Shown here: in pieces, positions 37,002 through 50,990 of the stretch
Layout: each line of letters begins with the position of its first letter
Numbering within the stretch: position 1 is the stretch's first letter
Assembly (NCBI GenBank): GCA_965197645.1
Contig: OZ240219.1
Span: 1,184,001-1,248,000, forward strand
Direction of reading: 5' to 3'
Length of the DNA stretch: 64,000 nt
Source of the DNA: Dehalococcoidia bacterium
GTDB taxonomy: Bacteria > Chloroflexota > Dehalococcoidia > Plut-88900
The notes under the pieces: model-generated
Seen by the model: only the letters and a program-made list of their open reading frames with translations
Told to the model about the DNA's origin: nothing
The model's database searches: none
Position numbers and translations under genes: made by a program

Positions 37002-37790
37002 CTAGCCGATCCGCTCCAGCACGTCGGGGAACTCTTTCAGCGTTGCCACACGGGCGTCCGGGGTCGCGGGCACACCGGCCATTGGCGCATCCCCGATGAT
37101 CACCGCCTTCATCCCTACGCTCTTGGCGCCCAGGATATCGGTCTCGGGCCGGTCTCCGATGTGCACCGCGGCGCCGGCGGGAACGCCAATAGCGTCCAGC
37201 GTCGTGTGAAAGATCGGGGCGCTGGGCTTGGCCAGCCGCTCCTCGTCGGAGAAGGTGAGGGTTTCCATGTACCGGGCCACACCCACGTCCGATAGGTACT
37301 TGCGCTGGTGGGTGCCGGGTGTCGCCCCCGAGTTACATATCAGGGCAATCTTGTAGCCGCGGACGCTGATGGTCTCCAGCGTCTCGAGGGCGTAGGGCAT
37401 CAGCGCCGGTGGGTCGACCAGGTAGGCGTCGGCGTGGTCTGCGGTGATCCGCTCCTTGATCGAGGGTGCCAGCCTGTCCGACAGCCCGCTCTCGATAAGC
37501 TCGAAGTAGATGTCCATCTGCTCGGCGAAGGGGGTATCGAGACCCTGTTGCCGGACCTCCTCGAACCCTGTTTGAGACCTCCAGTAGGCATTGGCTATGC
37601 GGTCCCTGGAGTAGCCCAGCCCGGACCGGCTCAGCGCCTCGAACGTAGCGTCGATCCGCTGGGCGGCCCGATTTCTGCCGCCCTCAAGGGTGTCGACGAT
37701 CAGGGTGTTCCAAAGGTCGAATGTGACGGCCTGGATCTTGCGCTCTTGCAAACGTGGTTCCGGGATCAATACTTGAGGAGGGAGAGGCAC
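37002..37790 (-). CDS. HAD-superfamily hydrolase
   Basis: FDLWNTL, LICNS, KPSAPIF, HIGDRPETDILGA. Confidence 0.9.
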   Translation of the reverse strand: MPLPPQVLIPEPRLQERKIQAVTFDLWNTLIVDTLEGGRNRAAQRIDATFEALSRSGLGYSRDRIANAYWRSQTGFEEVRQQGLDTPFAEQMDIYFELIESGLSDRLAPSIKERITADHADAYLVDPPALMPYALETLETISVRGYKIALICNSGATPGTHQRKYLSDVGVARYMETLTFSDEERLAKPSAPIFHTTLDAIGVPAGAAVHIGDRPETDILGAKSVGMKAVIIGDAPMAGVPATPDARVATLKEFPDVLERIG

Positions 37791-38278
37791 GGGTAGCTAC
37801 TCAGCTGCTCCCGGCCGTTCAGGGCCTCCAGCTCGATGAGAAAGACCAGTCCCGTAACGGTCCCGCCGGCCTGCTCGACGAGCTGCACGGCTGCGGCAGC
37901 GGTGCCGCCGGTAGCCAGGAGGTCGTCCACTATCAGCGCTCTCTGCCCGCGTTCGATGGCATCCTCGTGGATCTCGGCCCCGGCTGAGCCGTACTCCAGG
38001 TCGTACTCCACGCCTATGGAGCGGCGGGGCAGCTTTCCCGGCTTCCTCACCGGGACCAAGGGCACGCCCAACTTGTAGGCCAGCGGTCCGCCGAAGACGA
38101 AGCCGCGGGCTTCGATGGGCACTATCACGTCTATGCCTTCATCTCGGTAGATGCGGGCGAATTCGTCTATTACGTACCGGAAAGCCTCGGGAGACTGCAG
38201 GAGGGGAGTGATATCCCTGAACATGATCCCCTCCTGGGGGAAGTCCGGCACGTCGGCGATGTATCTCTTTAGATCCAC
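37766..38278 (-). CDS. apt: Adenine phosphoribosyltransferase
   Basis: VPDFPQEGIMFRDITPLL, EARGF, VRKPGKLP, YDLEYG, VDDLLATGGT; GTG start after GAGGAGG. Confidence 0.96.
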   Translation of the reverse strand: MDLKRYIADVPDFPQEGIMFRDITPLLQSPEAFRYVIDEFARIYRDEGIDVIVPIEARGFVFGGPLAYKLGVPLVPVRKPGKLPRRSIGVEYDLEYGSAGAEIHEDAIERGQRALIVDDLLATGGTAAAAVQLVEQAGGTVTGLVFLIELEALNGREQLSSYPCLSLLKY

Positions 38279-38399
38279 TGGGTGGTCCCTCCTCGATTTT
38301 CGACTTAGCATTATAGCGATTTCCGTGGCAAAGCGAAGCCGTCCCGGTTTCCTTGTGGCCGGTTCCCCCTGTCGATATAATCTCGGCGAGGAGGCACGA

Positions 38400-39326
38400 A
38401 TGGCAAAGCTAGAATTCGGCCCTGTGTACGCCCAGATGGAGCCATTCATCGGGCCCGTGGAGATGGCCAAGCAGACCGAAGAGTGGAGCTACGACTCCTT
38501 CTGGGTTCCGGACTACGTGCACAGGCCCTGTTTCGAGGCGTTGACCGCGCTGGCAGCGGCCGCACCGGTCACCAAGCGGATCAAGCTGGGCAGCGCGGTG
38601 ATGGTCCTACCCTACAAGCACCCGGTGATGATGGCGAAGACGGCCCTCTCCATCGACGTACTGTCACAAGGAAGGTTGATACTGGGCGTGGGGCTCGGGG
38701 GCACCCGGCCGGAGTTCGACTCTTTCGGGCTGGACTTCAAGGACAGGGCAGCCATGTCCGACGAGGCGATGGAAATCATCAGCCAGCTGTTCACCGGCGA
38801 AGAGGTCAGCCATCAGGGCAGGTTCCATCAGTTCGACGGCCTGCAGCTGGGGCCTGCATCCGTGCAGAAGCCCGTGCCGATGTGGGTCGGCGCCGGATGG
38901 AACGATGGCGTGGCGCCGGGCGCGATAAGGAGGACGGGACGCTACGGAAACGGTTTCGTTCCAGTTGGCATACCCCCCGACGGCTATGCCCAGGCCAAGG
39001 AGCAGATCGCCCGGGAGGCCGAGTCCTACGGCAGAGACCCCTCGGGTTTCGAGTGGGCGCTGTTCCTGTGGGTGTGCGTCGACGACAGCATAGAGGCGGC
39101 CCGAGAGGTGGTCGATAAGGAGATGCTACGGAGGTTCGGGCGCACCCAATCCGCCGAGTCGCTGCAGGGGCTGGCCTGCGGGACGCCTGCGGACTGCATC
39201 CAGGTGATCGAGGAGTATGCGGAGGTGGGTGTAACCCACTTCGTTCTGGACGCCATCTGCCCGCCTTCGGACATGCTCCGCCAGTACGAGATCATGGCCA
39301 AGGAGATAGTGCCCCGCTTCAGGTGA
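38400..39326 (+). CDS. LLM class (probably F420-dependent) oxidoreductase
   Basis: YDSFWVPD, AAPVTKRIKLGSAV.VLP..HP, DVLSQGRLILGVG.G. Confidence 0.9.
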   Translation: MAKLEFGPVYAQMEPFIGPVEMAKQTEEWSYDSFWVPDYVHRPCFEALTALAAAAPVTKRIKLGSAVMVLPYKHPVMMAKTALSIDVLSQGRLILGVGLGGTRPEFDSFGLDFKDRAAMSDEAMEIISQLFTGEEVSHQGRFHQFDGLQLGPASVQKPVPMWVGAGWNDGVAPGAIRRTGRYGNGFVPVGIPPDGYAQAKEQIAREAESYGRDPSGFEWALFLWVCVDDSIEAAREVVDKEMLRRFGRTQSAESLQGLACGTPADCIQVIEEYAEVGVTHFVLDAICPPSDMLRQYEIMAKEIVPRFR

Positions 39327-39398
39327 GCCGCGAGGCGGTCCACTCGTAGCGACTGGACCGCCCTCGACGCTGGTACACCCCTAGAAGGCCGATGAACA

Positions 39399-40295
39399 AT
39401 GGGGTGTGCAGAGGGGCAAAGCCCCTTTGCCGGTCAGGAAAAGCGCCCCACCCCAGATTGCTTCGCTCCCTTCGCCCCCCTCAGGAACAACTCCCCTGTT
39501 GCTCGCAACGACGGCCTCATCATTGCGAGACCCGACAAAGTCGGGGCGTGGCAATCTTGCCAGGTCTGGCGGTTGACCGGGCGGAGTCGTATCCTCCCAC
39601 CCGCCCCGGATCGCGTCCGACGGCTCTCCCCTTTAACTGCCGCCGGCGGGTTGATAGAACATGGGGTGTGCAGAGGGGCAAAGCCCCTTCCCGGTCAGGA
39701 AAAGCGCCCCACCCCAGATTGCTTCGCGCCTTTCGACCCCCTCAGTAACAACTCCCCCGTTGCTCACAACGACGGCCTCATCATTGCGAGACCCGACAAG
39801 GTCGGGGCGTGGCAATCCTGCCAGGTCTGGCGGTTGACCGGGCGGAGTCGTATCCTCCCACCCGCCCCGGATCGCGTCCGACGGCTCTCCCCTTTAACTG
39901 CCGCCGGCGGGTTGATAGAACATGGGGTGTGCAGAGGGGCAAAGCCCCTTCCCGGTCAGGAAAAGCGCCCCACCCCAGATTGCTTCGCTCCCTTCGAACC
40001 CCTCAGGAACACCTCCCCCGTCGCTCGCAACGACGGCCTCGTCATTGCGAGACCCGACAAAGTCGGGGCGTGGCAATCCTGCCAGGTCTGGCGGTTGACC
40101 GGGCGGAGTCGTATCCCCCCGGGACTGCATCCGACGGCTCCCCCCTTTAACTGCCGCCGGCGGGTTGATAGAACATGGGGTGTGCAGAGGGGCAAAGCCC
40201 CTTTGCCGGGAGTCTGAGGGTGTCCCTCAGAAACTATCTCTTTTTTCTTTCCCCTTCCTGGCCAGGAAGGGGATCAAGGGGATGGTCGCGAAAGG
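39399..40295 (+). repeat. Tandem array of three ~261-bp composite palindromic units ending in a full family A element
   Basis: ATGGGGTGTGCAGAGGGGCAAAGCCCC recurs at 39399, 39661, 39922 and 40175 (periods 262, 261, 253) with near-identical intervening sequence. Confidence 0.93.
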
Positions 40296-40309
40296 TTGTT
40301 TCTACACCC

Positions 40310-41476
40310 CTACAGCTTGCCGACCCACTCCGCCATCTTCCCGACGCCCTTTTGCAGGTTCTCCAGCGAGGTGGCGAAGGATAGCCTGGCGTAACCCTCG
40401 CCATACTGGCCGAAGGAAGTTCCCGGCAGCACGGCAACACCGGCTTCGTACAGCACCCTGTCACCGAACTCCTGGCTGGTCATGCCCAGGTCCGAGACGT
40501 TGGGGAACAGGTAGAAGGCGCCGCCGGGCTTGAAGCAGCGGACGCCGTCTATGGCGTTGAGAGCATCGCAGGTCCAGTCCCTTCGCTCCTTGAACTCCTT
40601 GACCATCTGATGGGGCTCTTCTTTGGGGCCGTCTATGGCTGCGATGCCACCCTTCTGCACGAAGGCAGCCGTGCAGGAGACGCTGTTGACCATCAATCGC
40701 GATACGTGGGGCACCATCTCGGGCGGGAACACACCGTAGCCCAGCCGCCAGCCGGTCATTGCGTAGGTCTTGGAGAACCCGTCCAGGATTATGGTCCGCT
40801 CCCGCATGCCGGGGAGAGTGGCGATTGTGTGGTGAGTGCCGTTGTAGAGAATGTCCCGGTAGACCTCGTCGCTGAGCACTATGGCATCGTTTTCTATGGC
40901 TATTTCGGCGATGGCCTCCAGGTCCTTCTGGTCCAGCATCCCGCCGGTGGGATTGTGAGGTGAGTTGAGGATGATCAGCTTCGTCTTGGGGTTGGCCAGC
41001 TTCCGCAGCTCGTCTATGTCCGGTTTGAACCCCTCTTCCTCGTAGAGCCGCATCGGCACCGGGGTGCCGCCGGAGAAGTTGATCATCGATTCGTAGATGG
41101 GGAAGCCCGGGTTGGGGTAGATCACCTCGTCGCCCTCTTCCACCAGGACGGTCATGGCGAAGTACATGATGGGCTTGGCGCCGGGGGTCACTACGATGTG
41201 GTCTGGGTCGACGGTCATGCCCCGGGTCTCCGCGGTGTGGGCAGCTATCTTCTCTCTCACGTCGGGGAGGCCGGCCGCGGGCCCGTAGTGGGTGAAGCCA
41301 TCGTCCAACGCCTGCTTGGATGCGTCCTTGATGTGGTCCGGGGTCTCGAAGTCGGGTTCACCGATCTCCAGGTGCACCACGTCGACGCCCTTGGCGGCGA
41401 GGGCGTTAGCTTTTACCAGCACCTCGAAGGCCGTCTCGGTGCCCAGATTACCCATGCGACTAGCTATCTTCGACAA
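40310..41476 (-). CDS. Class I/II PLP-dependent aminotransferase (aspartate aminotransferase-like)
   Basis: LEIGEPDF.TP, VTPGAK, NSPHNPTG, SDEVY, GFSKTYAMTGWRLG, GAFY.FP; TTG start after GGAGGT. Confidence 0.94.
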   Translation of the reverse strand: MSKIASRMGNLGTETAFEVLVKANALAAKGVDVVHLEIGEPDFETPDHIKDASKQALDDGFTHYGPAAGLPDVREKIAAHTAETRGMTVDPDHIVVTPGAKPIMYFAMTVLVEEGDEVIYPNPGFPIYESMINFSGGTPVPMRLYEEEGFKPDIDELRKLANPKTKLIILNSPHNPTGGMLDQKDLEAIAEIAIENDAIVLSDEVYRDILYNGTHHTIATLPGMRERTIILDGFSKTYAMTGWRLGYGVFPPEMVPHVSRLMVNSVSCTAAFVQKGGIAAIDGPKEEPHQMVKEFKERRDWTCDALNAIDGVRCFKPGGAFYLFPNVSDLGMTSQEFGDRVLYEAGVAVLPGTSFGQYGEGYARLSFATSLENLQKGVGKMAEWVGKL

Positions 41477-41499
41477 TTGGTCACCTCCCCTGGCAGGGT

Positions 41500-41662
41500 G
41501 TTGAAAAACTCTTTCGACCATCCCCCTGGCCCCCTTCTTGGCGAAGGGGGGAAGAAATCGTATCTGAGGGACACCCCTTCGGCGGGCTCAGGGCAGGCTC
41601 TCAGACTCCCGGCCCCCTCGTGCAGTCCCGTAAAACGAGCTTCGCCCCTCTGTACCCCCCTT
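41500..41662 (-). repeat. Intergenic repeat family A, copy with 24-nt insert
   Basis: Reverse complement reads GGGAGTCTGAG[AGCCTGCCCTGAGCCCGCCGAAGG]GGTGTCCCTCAGA...GGGGGCCAGGGGGATGGTCGAAAG. Confidence 0.8.
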
Positions 41663-41867
41663 GTTTCATCAGTCTGCTGGGGGTTGCGGGATGCAGAACG
41701 GCCCAGATTATAACATGGCGGCTTGAGGGATGTGCTTCCGGCTACGATACCGGCCGAGGACGGGAAGAGGAGCCGGCGCGCAAGGTATTTGAGACAAACC
41801 CGAAAGAATAGATTGGACACCGGCTTCGGAGAGAGCGGGAGGTCGATCGGCCGTTTACTGGAGGCGG

Positions 41868-42998
41868 CTAGGCGCCGTTCGGGGAGAAACCGTAGAGCCG
41901 GGCGGCATTATCGTAGACGATCTTCCGCTTATCCTCTTCGGTAAGCTCCTCGAAAGTCTCCTCGATCACCTCACGGGAGTGAGGAAAGGTACCCTCATCG
42001 TGGGGGTAGTCGCTGCCCCACATCATGCAGTCGGCCCCGGTGAACCGGATGTTGTGCAGGCCTACCGGATCGTTGCCGAATGTGATGTTGCCCTGGCGCT
42101 GGAAGTACTCGCTGGGCTTCAGCTCCAGCTTGGGAGACTGCCACATGTGCCGCTGCACGTAGTTATCGTCCATGGCGTACAGGGCCCAGGCCAACCAGCC
42201 GGTACCGCACTCCACCAGAACGAACTGGAGGTCCGGGTGACGTTCCAGGGTCCCAGAGGCGCAAAGAGCGAGCATGGGGCCCATTGCTTCCGCCATTCCC
42301 GCAACCATGAGCATGGTGTCAAAGCCATCGATGGCAGTTTCGTCTCTGTTCTTTTCAGCGCTCTTCTCTTTGGGATCGCTTTCGGTGAACACGTGGAAGC
42401 TGACGGGTATGTTGGAGCGCTCCGCCGCCGTCCAGAGGGGGTTGTAGTCGCGATGGTTGTAGGGAACGGCGGGCCTGCTTACCGGGACCGATATGGACCT
42501 GTATCCGGCGTTGCCTACCCTTTCGACCTCTTTCGTGGCGGCCTGGATATCTAGGGTAGGTACGACAGCCGAGGGCAGGAACATGTCCGGCGCATCTCCG
42601 AAGATCTCCTGATAGTAGTCGTTATAGAGCTGGGCCAAGGCCATCTGATATCCAGGGTCGGGCGATGCGAAGCAACCGAAGATGCCGTTGGGATAGATCA
42701 CCTCGCCCTCGACGCCGTCCTCCTTCAAATCGGACAGACGGGTTGCTATATTGGTGCCATCGTAGTAGTCAGCGCCTTCCAGGTCCTGCTGGCGGAACTC
42801 TTTCCTCTTGTCCTCTTCGGTAAGCTCGCCGGGCGCTTCGATGGGCTGGTTCGGCTGGTTATCGATGATAAGCCAGTCCTGGCCGTCGATCTTCTCGGTC
42901 CTGGGCCTCCGGTCGCTATACTCGGCGGGAAGCCGGTCGTAGAGATTATTAGGGTGACCAACATGGGAGTCCGCAGAGATGATCCTGTAGTCCGCCAT
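41868..42998 (-). CDS. Amidohydrolase family protein (Amidohydro_2/LigW-like)
   Basis: IISADSH, GV.GEVIYP, PVSFH, VECGTGW, WGSDYPH.EGT.P, NAARLY. Confidence 0.92.
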   Translation of the reverse strand: MADYRIISADSHVGHPNNLYDRLPAEYSDRRPRTEKIDGQDWLIIDNQPNQPIEAPGELTEEDKRKEFRQQDLEGADYYDGTNIATRLSDLKEDGVEGEVIYPNGIFGCFASPDPGYQMALAQLYNDYYQEIFGDAPDMFLPSAVVPTLDIQAATKEVERVGNAGYRSISVPVSRPAVPYNHRDYNPLWTAAERSNIPVSFHVFTESDPKEKSAEKNRDETAIDGFDTMLMVAGMAEAMGPMLALCASGTLERHPDLQFVLVECGTGWLAWALYAMDDNYVQRHMWQSPKLELKPSEYFQRQGNITFGNDPVGLHNIRFTGADCMMWGSDYPHDEGTFPHSREVIEETFEELTEEDKRKIVYDNAARLYGFSPNGA

Positions 42999-43151
42999 AG
43001 TTCACTTCCCCCTGAGTTCGAAAATCGACTATGGCTCGATTCTATGGAACCTCCCAAAGTGTGTCAAACCCAGTAGATCGGGCAATGGCGTCCATCGATA
43101 CGGGTTGAGGCCCTTGGCTTACGCTAAGGCCCTCGACACACCTTGAAGTAA

Positions 43152-44402
43152 TTACACAACCCTGGCCCCGGCTTGGAAGACGGCTACTACGTTGGCCAGG
43201 TCTTCGATGTCCCGGGTTGGGTCGCCCTTCACCAGCAGCAGATCGGCCTGCTTGCCCGGCTCGACGGTTCCGACTTCGTTAAGGATCCCAACGGCATCGG
43301 CGGCGTCCCTGGTACCGGCCACGATGGCCTGGGAGTGGGACAGGCCGGCGTCCACCAGGGCCTTCAGCTCTGCATGGAACTGGGCGAAGGGATAGTCGGC
43401 CCAACCGCAGTCTGAGCCCCCGATGAACCTGGCGCCCTGGGAGATCATTCTGCCGGTATTCTCGGTCGTCGCCTCCAGATAGCGTTTCCTCTCCTCCAGA
43501 GCTATCTCCTCCTCCGGTTGCAGACCAGCGTTTCTCCGCTTCTCCTCCAGTGCCAGGACGGTGGACTTTACCACGTGGAGGGTCGGGTTGATCCACGCTC
43601 CCGATTCAGCGATCCTGTCGGCCACTTCAGGGTCGTACTGAACAGTGTCGTCGGTGGAGACGAAGGAGCAGTGGATTATCATGTCCACCGACGTATCCAG
43701 GCAGTTGACTATTGCGTCGGTGGCGATGGCGTGGCCGGCCACCAGCTTGCCCCTGTGGTGGGCCTCCTCCACGGCTGCCTGTAGCTCGCTCTGGGTGTAG
43801 GAGGCCCGCTGGCGCATGGAACCCCGGGTGGTGCCGCCGCTGGCCATCACCTTGATGAAGTCGGCGCCTTCCTTGATCAGCTGGCGAACGGCAGACCGGA
43901 CCTGGTCGATGCCGTCGGCCTCCGAGCCCATCATCCAGCAGTGGCCGCCGGTGATGGTGATTGGGCGGCCGCAGGCGACTATTCTAGGCCCCGGCACAAT
44001 CCCACGACGGATCCCCTCCTTCACCGAGAAGACCACCCCGTGCCATCCGCCGTTATCCCGCATGGTGGTCACGCCGCTCTCTAGGGCCATGCGGCTGCTT
44101 TTGACAGCGTGCAACAGGTGGATATCGTCATTGTCCTCGTGGACCTGGTCTACGGACTGGCCCGTGCCGGGCATGTTGGTGTGGGTGTGGCAATCGATGA
44201 GACCGGGGAGCAGGGTTGTGTCGGGGAGGTCAATGACGTCGGTGGCCCGCTCCTCGAAAGAGGACAGCTCTGATAGAGGGCCGACGTTAGTGATCACATC
44301 GTTTTCCACGACGACGGCCAGACCTTGCTTCGATGGGCCGCCGCGTCCGTCGACCAGCCTTCCGGGTTTGATTACCTTGAGGGATGAAGCGGGATTGGTC
44401 AT
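43152..44402 (-). CDS. Metal-dependent amidohydrolase (prolidase/imidazolonepropionase-like)
   Basis: LLPGLIDCHTH, GVTT.RD, GADFIKVMASGG, GHA, GTVEPGKQADLL. Confidence 0.92.
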   Translation of the reverse strand: MTNPASSLKVIKPGRLVDGRGGPSKQGLAVVVENDVITNVGPLSELSSFEERATDVIDLPDTTLLPGLIDCHTHTNMPGTGQSVDQVHEDNDDIHLLHAVKSSRMALESGVTTMRDNGGWHGVVFSVKEGIRRGIVPGPRIVACGRPITITGGHCWMMGSEADGIDQVRSAVRQLIKEGADFIKVMASGGTTRGSMRQRASYTQSELQAAVEEAHHRGKLVAGHAIATDAIVNCLDTSVDMIIHCSFVSTDDTVQYDPEVADRIAESGAWINPTLHVVKSTVLALEEKRRNAGLQPEEEIALEERKRYLEATTENTGRMISQGARFIGGSDCGWADYPFAQFHAELKALVDAGLSHSQAIVAGTRDAADAVGILNEVGTVEPGKQADLLLVKGDPTRDIEDLANVVAVFQAGARVV

Positions 44403-44478
44403 GGCGCCTCCTCGTCCGAGACCGGATCGAGGCGATGATACCATGCGTCGGAGGAGATGGCCGGGGAGGCTTGGGGAG

Positions 44479-44715
44479 CTAACGGTTTGCTTCGATGAGA
44501 GGGTCGATCCGGGCCATAACGCAATCGTCTTGCCCCAGCAACGGACAATCGGTGGTCAGTTTATCGGCCTCGCTGGCCTTGCAGGTCCGTTTCCTCTCGA
44601 CACACAGCATCAGGGCCATGGAGTAGTCCAGCGCAGCGATGGTCTGCCTATCCGGGGTCATGCCCTCTGCCATCCACTCTCGCAGCACTTTGAGGTTGAG
44701 CTGGTGCTTTTTCAT
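44479..44715 (-). CDS. Small four-cysteine hypothetical protein
   Basis: 78 aa, GTAGGGA SD-like sequence; C-x6-C-x11-C-x7-C; co-oriented directly behind the activase operon. Confidence 0.55.
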   Translation of the reverse strand: MKKHQLNLKVLREWMAEGMTPDRQTIAALDYSMALMLCVERKRTCKASEADKLTTDCPLLGQDDCVMARIDPLIEANR

Positions 44716-44802
44716 TTCCCTACCTACATAGACCTGGAGGAAACGTTGCGGGCTGGCGCGCCAAGGGCGGCCAGCCCGCAGTGGGTTTTGCCTTGATGGC
44801 GG

Positions 44803-46422
44803 CTAGCTGAGGCCCATTCCCAGCCGCTTGATGGCCAGGTCCGCCTGACGTTTCCAATGACGCAGCGTACCACCGTTCCGGGCCTTGTTTCTGTGATGGG
44901 CTATGTCCGCGACGAAGTTGGCTGCGGTGCTGGCAGCTTCGTGGGGGACGTTTCTCATTGCCCGCCCGAGCTTCGGGTTTTCGGCCACGAACTCCCCTAT
45001 CTCCTCCATGGTGACGTCGTTCTCGTCCAGGATCTTCTGCAGTTCTTCCCTGGCCTTCATCTTGGCCTCGTAGAGCTTCATTTGCATTCTGCTCTTGACG
45101 TTGACTTCACCATCACCGGAGGTCTCGATGGGGATGTATATGGCGTCTTTGAAATCCGCCACCACCTTGCTCTGTACACCATCGCTCTGAGTGCTGGGCA
45201 TGCAGCCAAAGGGTTTCATGGAGATCACCATGTGGGCCTGGTGCTCTTTGGTGGCCATTATGTTCTTGCCTATCTCCAGGTGGCCTTCGCCGCCCTTCAA
45301 GTGGGTGTTGTAGTAGGCCCGGGCGTACTGGGCCAGCTTAGCCTGGGAGGGCAGGGGATCCGTCTTGAAGCCCAGGGCCGCTCTGTAGGAGTTGTAGAAC
45401 ACCCGCACGAAGGCTTTGGCCACCTTGAGCTTGCGTATCAGCTTCTTGGCGTTGGGGTCGATGTCCACCTTTTCCTCGGCGGTGTGGCTGGCGCTGAAAA
45501 TCAGGTACTCGATCCATGTGCCCACCGGCTCCACCTTGACTTCGGCGCCTTCGCTCTCCAGCCAGCTGAACACCTTGTAGTTGCCGTCGCCCTCGGTGGT
45601 CTGGGCCCAGAACTCTCCGGTGATCTTCACCTTGGGCTTCACCCGTGTGTAGTCCACCTCTATCTTTTCCAGCTTCTTTCTCACCTTGCGAAGGGCCAGC
45701 ACCACGTGGACGCCCCGGCGGAGCGCGTCGGCCACCAGCTCCTTGGACTCCTCCAGCACCCGGTTGGTCTCGCCGGGGTTGACCTCGTAAGGGCGGATCT
45801 TGTACACGACGGCGTTGAGGAGGTCGCCGGCAATCATGCCTTTGAGCATCTGCATGAAGAACTTGCCGTTGAGCTCCAGCCCAGGCCCCTCTTGGCCGGA
45901 GGTCTGCTTCAGTCCCCCGTTCTGGTCCCACAGTAGGACCCGGAAGTCCTGGAAGTCCGCCTCTTTGAGGGCTTTTCGGTACTCCGCTTCGTACATGCCG
46001 AACCGGCAGGGGCCGCAGGCGCCGGCCGTGACGAAGACGTACTTGTCCTCGATATCTTCGACGCCCTGCTCATCCCTGAGGATCTTGAGGTGCTTGACCA
46101 GGTTGCCCACGGTGTAGTAGGTGGGGTTACACTGGCCCCGGTTCCCGTACTCCTTGCCCACCTGCAGGGAGTCGTTATCGGGGACGGGCAACGGCTGGAC
46201 CTTGTAGCCCAGGTGCTCCACGGCGGCGGTCATAAGCTGCTCGTGGGCGATGGTGAGCCCGCCCCAGAGAATGGTGGTCGACTCGCGCTCGTTCTTGGTA
46301 AAGGGACGTTCGATGGGCTTCTTGAAGTGCTTCGATTTCGCACCGAGGCCCATCTCGTCTCTTAGCTCGGCTTCGAAGGCCTTTACTTTCTCCTCTATAG
46401 TTTTGTCAGCAGTTTGAACCAC
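44803..46422 (-). CDS. 2-hydroxyacyl-CoA dehydratase/activator-associated protein
   Basis: GKEYGNRGQCNPTY.TVG, GACGPCRFGMY, TGEFWA, GGEGHLE, KPFGCMPST. Confidence 0.85.
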   Translation of the reverse strand: MVQTADKTIEEKVKAFEAELRDEMGLGAKSKHFKKPIERPFTKNERESTTILWGGLTIAHEQLMTAAVEHLGYKVQPLPVPDNDSLQVGKEYGNRGQCNPTYYTVGNLVKHLKILRDEQGVEDIEDKYVFVTAGACGPCRFGMYEAEYRKALKEADFQDFRVLLWDQNGGLKQTSGQEGPGLELNGKFFMQMLKGMIAGDLLNAVVYKIRPYEVNPGETNRVLEESKELVADALRRGVHVVLALRKVRKKLEKIEVDYTRVKPKVKITGEFWAQTTEGDGNYKVFSWLESEGAEVKVEPVGTWIEYLIFSASHTAEEKVDIDPNAKKLIRKLKVAKAFVRVFYNSYRAALGFKTDPLPSQAKLAQYARAYYNTHLKGGEGHLEIGKNIMATKEHQAHMVISMKPFGCMPSTQSDGVQSKVVADFKDAIYIPIETSGDGEVNVKSRMQMKLYEAKMKAREELQKILDENDVTMEEIGEFVAENPKLGRAMRNVPHEAASTAANFVADIAHHRNKARNGGTLRHWKRQADLAIKRLGMGLS

Positions 46423-46434
46423 GCTGGTGGCCTC

Positions 46435-50106
<3,672 letters not shown>

Positions 50107-50119
50107 GGGTAACCCCTCT

Positions 50120-50797
50120 CTAGGATGCGCCGGTACTTGCAACGGCGCCTTTGTCTACTTCCGTCAGGTCTGGTCTATCGTTGTTGGTCCATAGATAGTT
50201 AGGCGGCACGGTGAGCAGCACGCCCTGCAGACCGAAGCTGAGCAGCTCTTCGAGAAGCTCGTCCAGGTCTGGAATCGGTCCCTGTTGTGAGGATGTGACC
50301 TGGCGTATCGCCTCTTTACCCAGGCCGATAATGCAGTAGGTGGTCAGCCGTGTATTGCACTCCCTCATAAGGCCCATCTCTACGCCGTGCTTCAGCGAAG
50401 CCTCTATCATATTGGCCAGCTTTGCGTAGAACCGGTCCAGCTTCTGGTCCGACTCCTTGCCCAGTCCCTCCGCGTGGCGCAGCAGTATCTGGGTCAGGGG
50501 CTTGTTGTCCAGGAGGTAGCTCAGTACCCTGGTCAAGTTGCTGTGGAGCTGCTCCAGGGGAGGTGCGGCATCCTTGCCCAGGTCGATGGGCTTCAGGCGC
50601 CCCTCTATCTCCTTCAGCAGGGTATCGGTAATACTGTCGAAGACTTGGCGTTTGCCATCGAAGTAGAGGTAGAAGGTGCCGCGGGCTATCCCGGCCCTCT
50701 GGATGATGTCCGAGACGTTGGCGGAGAAGTAACCCTTTTCGGAGAAGACCTCGCCCGCGCTCCTGATTAGCTGCTCTCTTCGCTTCTCTTTCAGCAT
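50120..50797 (-). CDS. TetR/AcrR family transcriptional regulator
   Basis: RREQLIRSA..VFSEKGY..ANVSDII.RAGIARGTFYLYF.GK. Confidence 0.95.
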   Translation of the reverse strand: MLKEKRREQLIRSAGEVFSEKGYFSANVSDIIQRAGIARGTFYLYFDGKRQVFDSITDTLLKEIEGRLKPIDLGKDAAPPLEQLHSNLTRVLSYLLDNKPLTQILLRHAEGLGKESDQKLDRFYAKLANMIEASLKHGVEMGLMRECNTRLTTYCIIGLGKEAIRQVTSSQQGPIPDLDELLEELLSFGLQGVLLTVPPNYLWTNNDRPDLTEVDKGAVASTGAS

Positions 50798-50821
50798 CCC
50801 TACCTCACCTGCCCACTATGT

Positions 50822-50847
50822 TACTAGACTGACATGTCAGTCCAGTA
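50822..50847. promoter_or_regulatory. Palindromic operator, likely TetR site
   Basis: TACT-A-GACTGACATGTCAGTC-C-AGTA; perfect 16-bp core at 50827-50842, ~25 nt upstream of the TetR start. Confidence 0.75.
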
Positions 50848-50990
50848 TCGCAGTTGAGGAAATATAATGGCAAATGCCGCCCATGTCAATGGCCTCCAAC
50901 GACTGAAAACGATTGATCTATGGACGTGCTATCATTCTCGTGGCCCGGAGGAAGAAGGCGACTCAAGGTCGGAGATGCTAGGAGGTATTT

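Noticed and set aside
39399-40217. 272-aa repetitive ORF, or a CRISPR array
   Set aside because: The open frame follows from a 261-bp palindromic repeat; units are nearly identical throughout, with no unique spacers and no cas genes.
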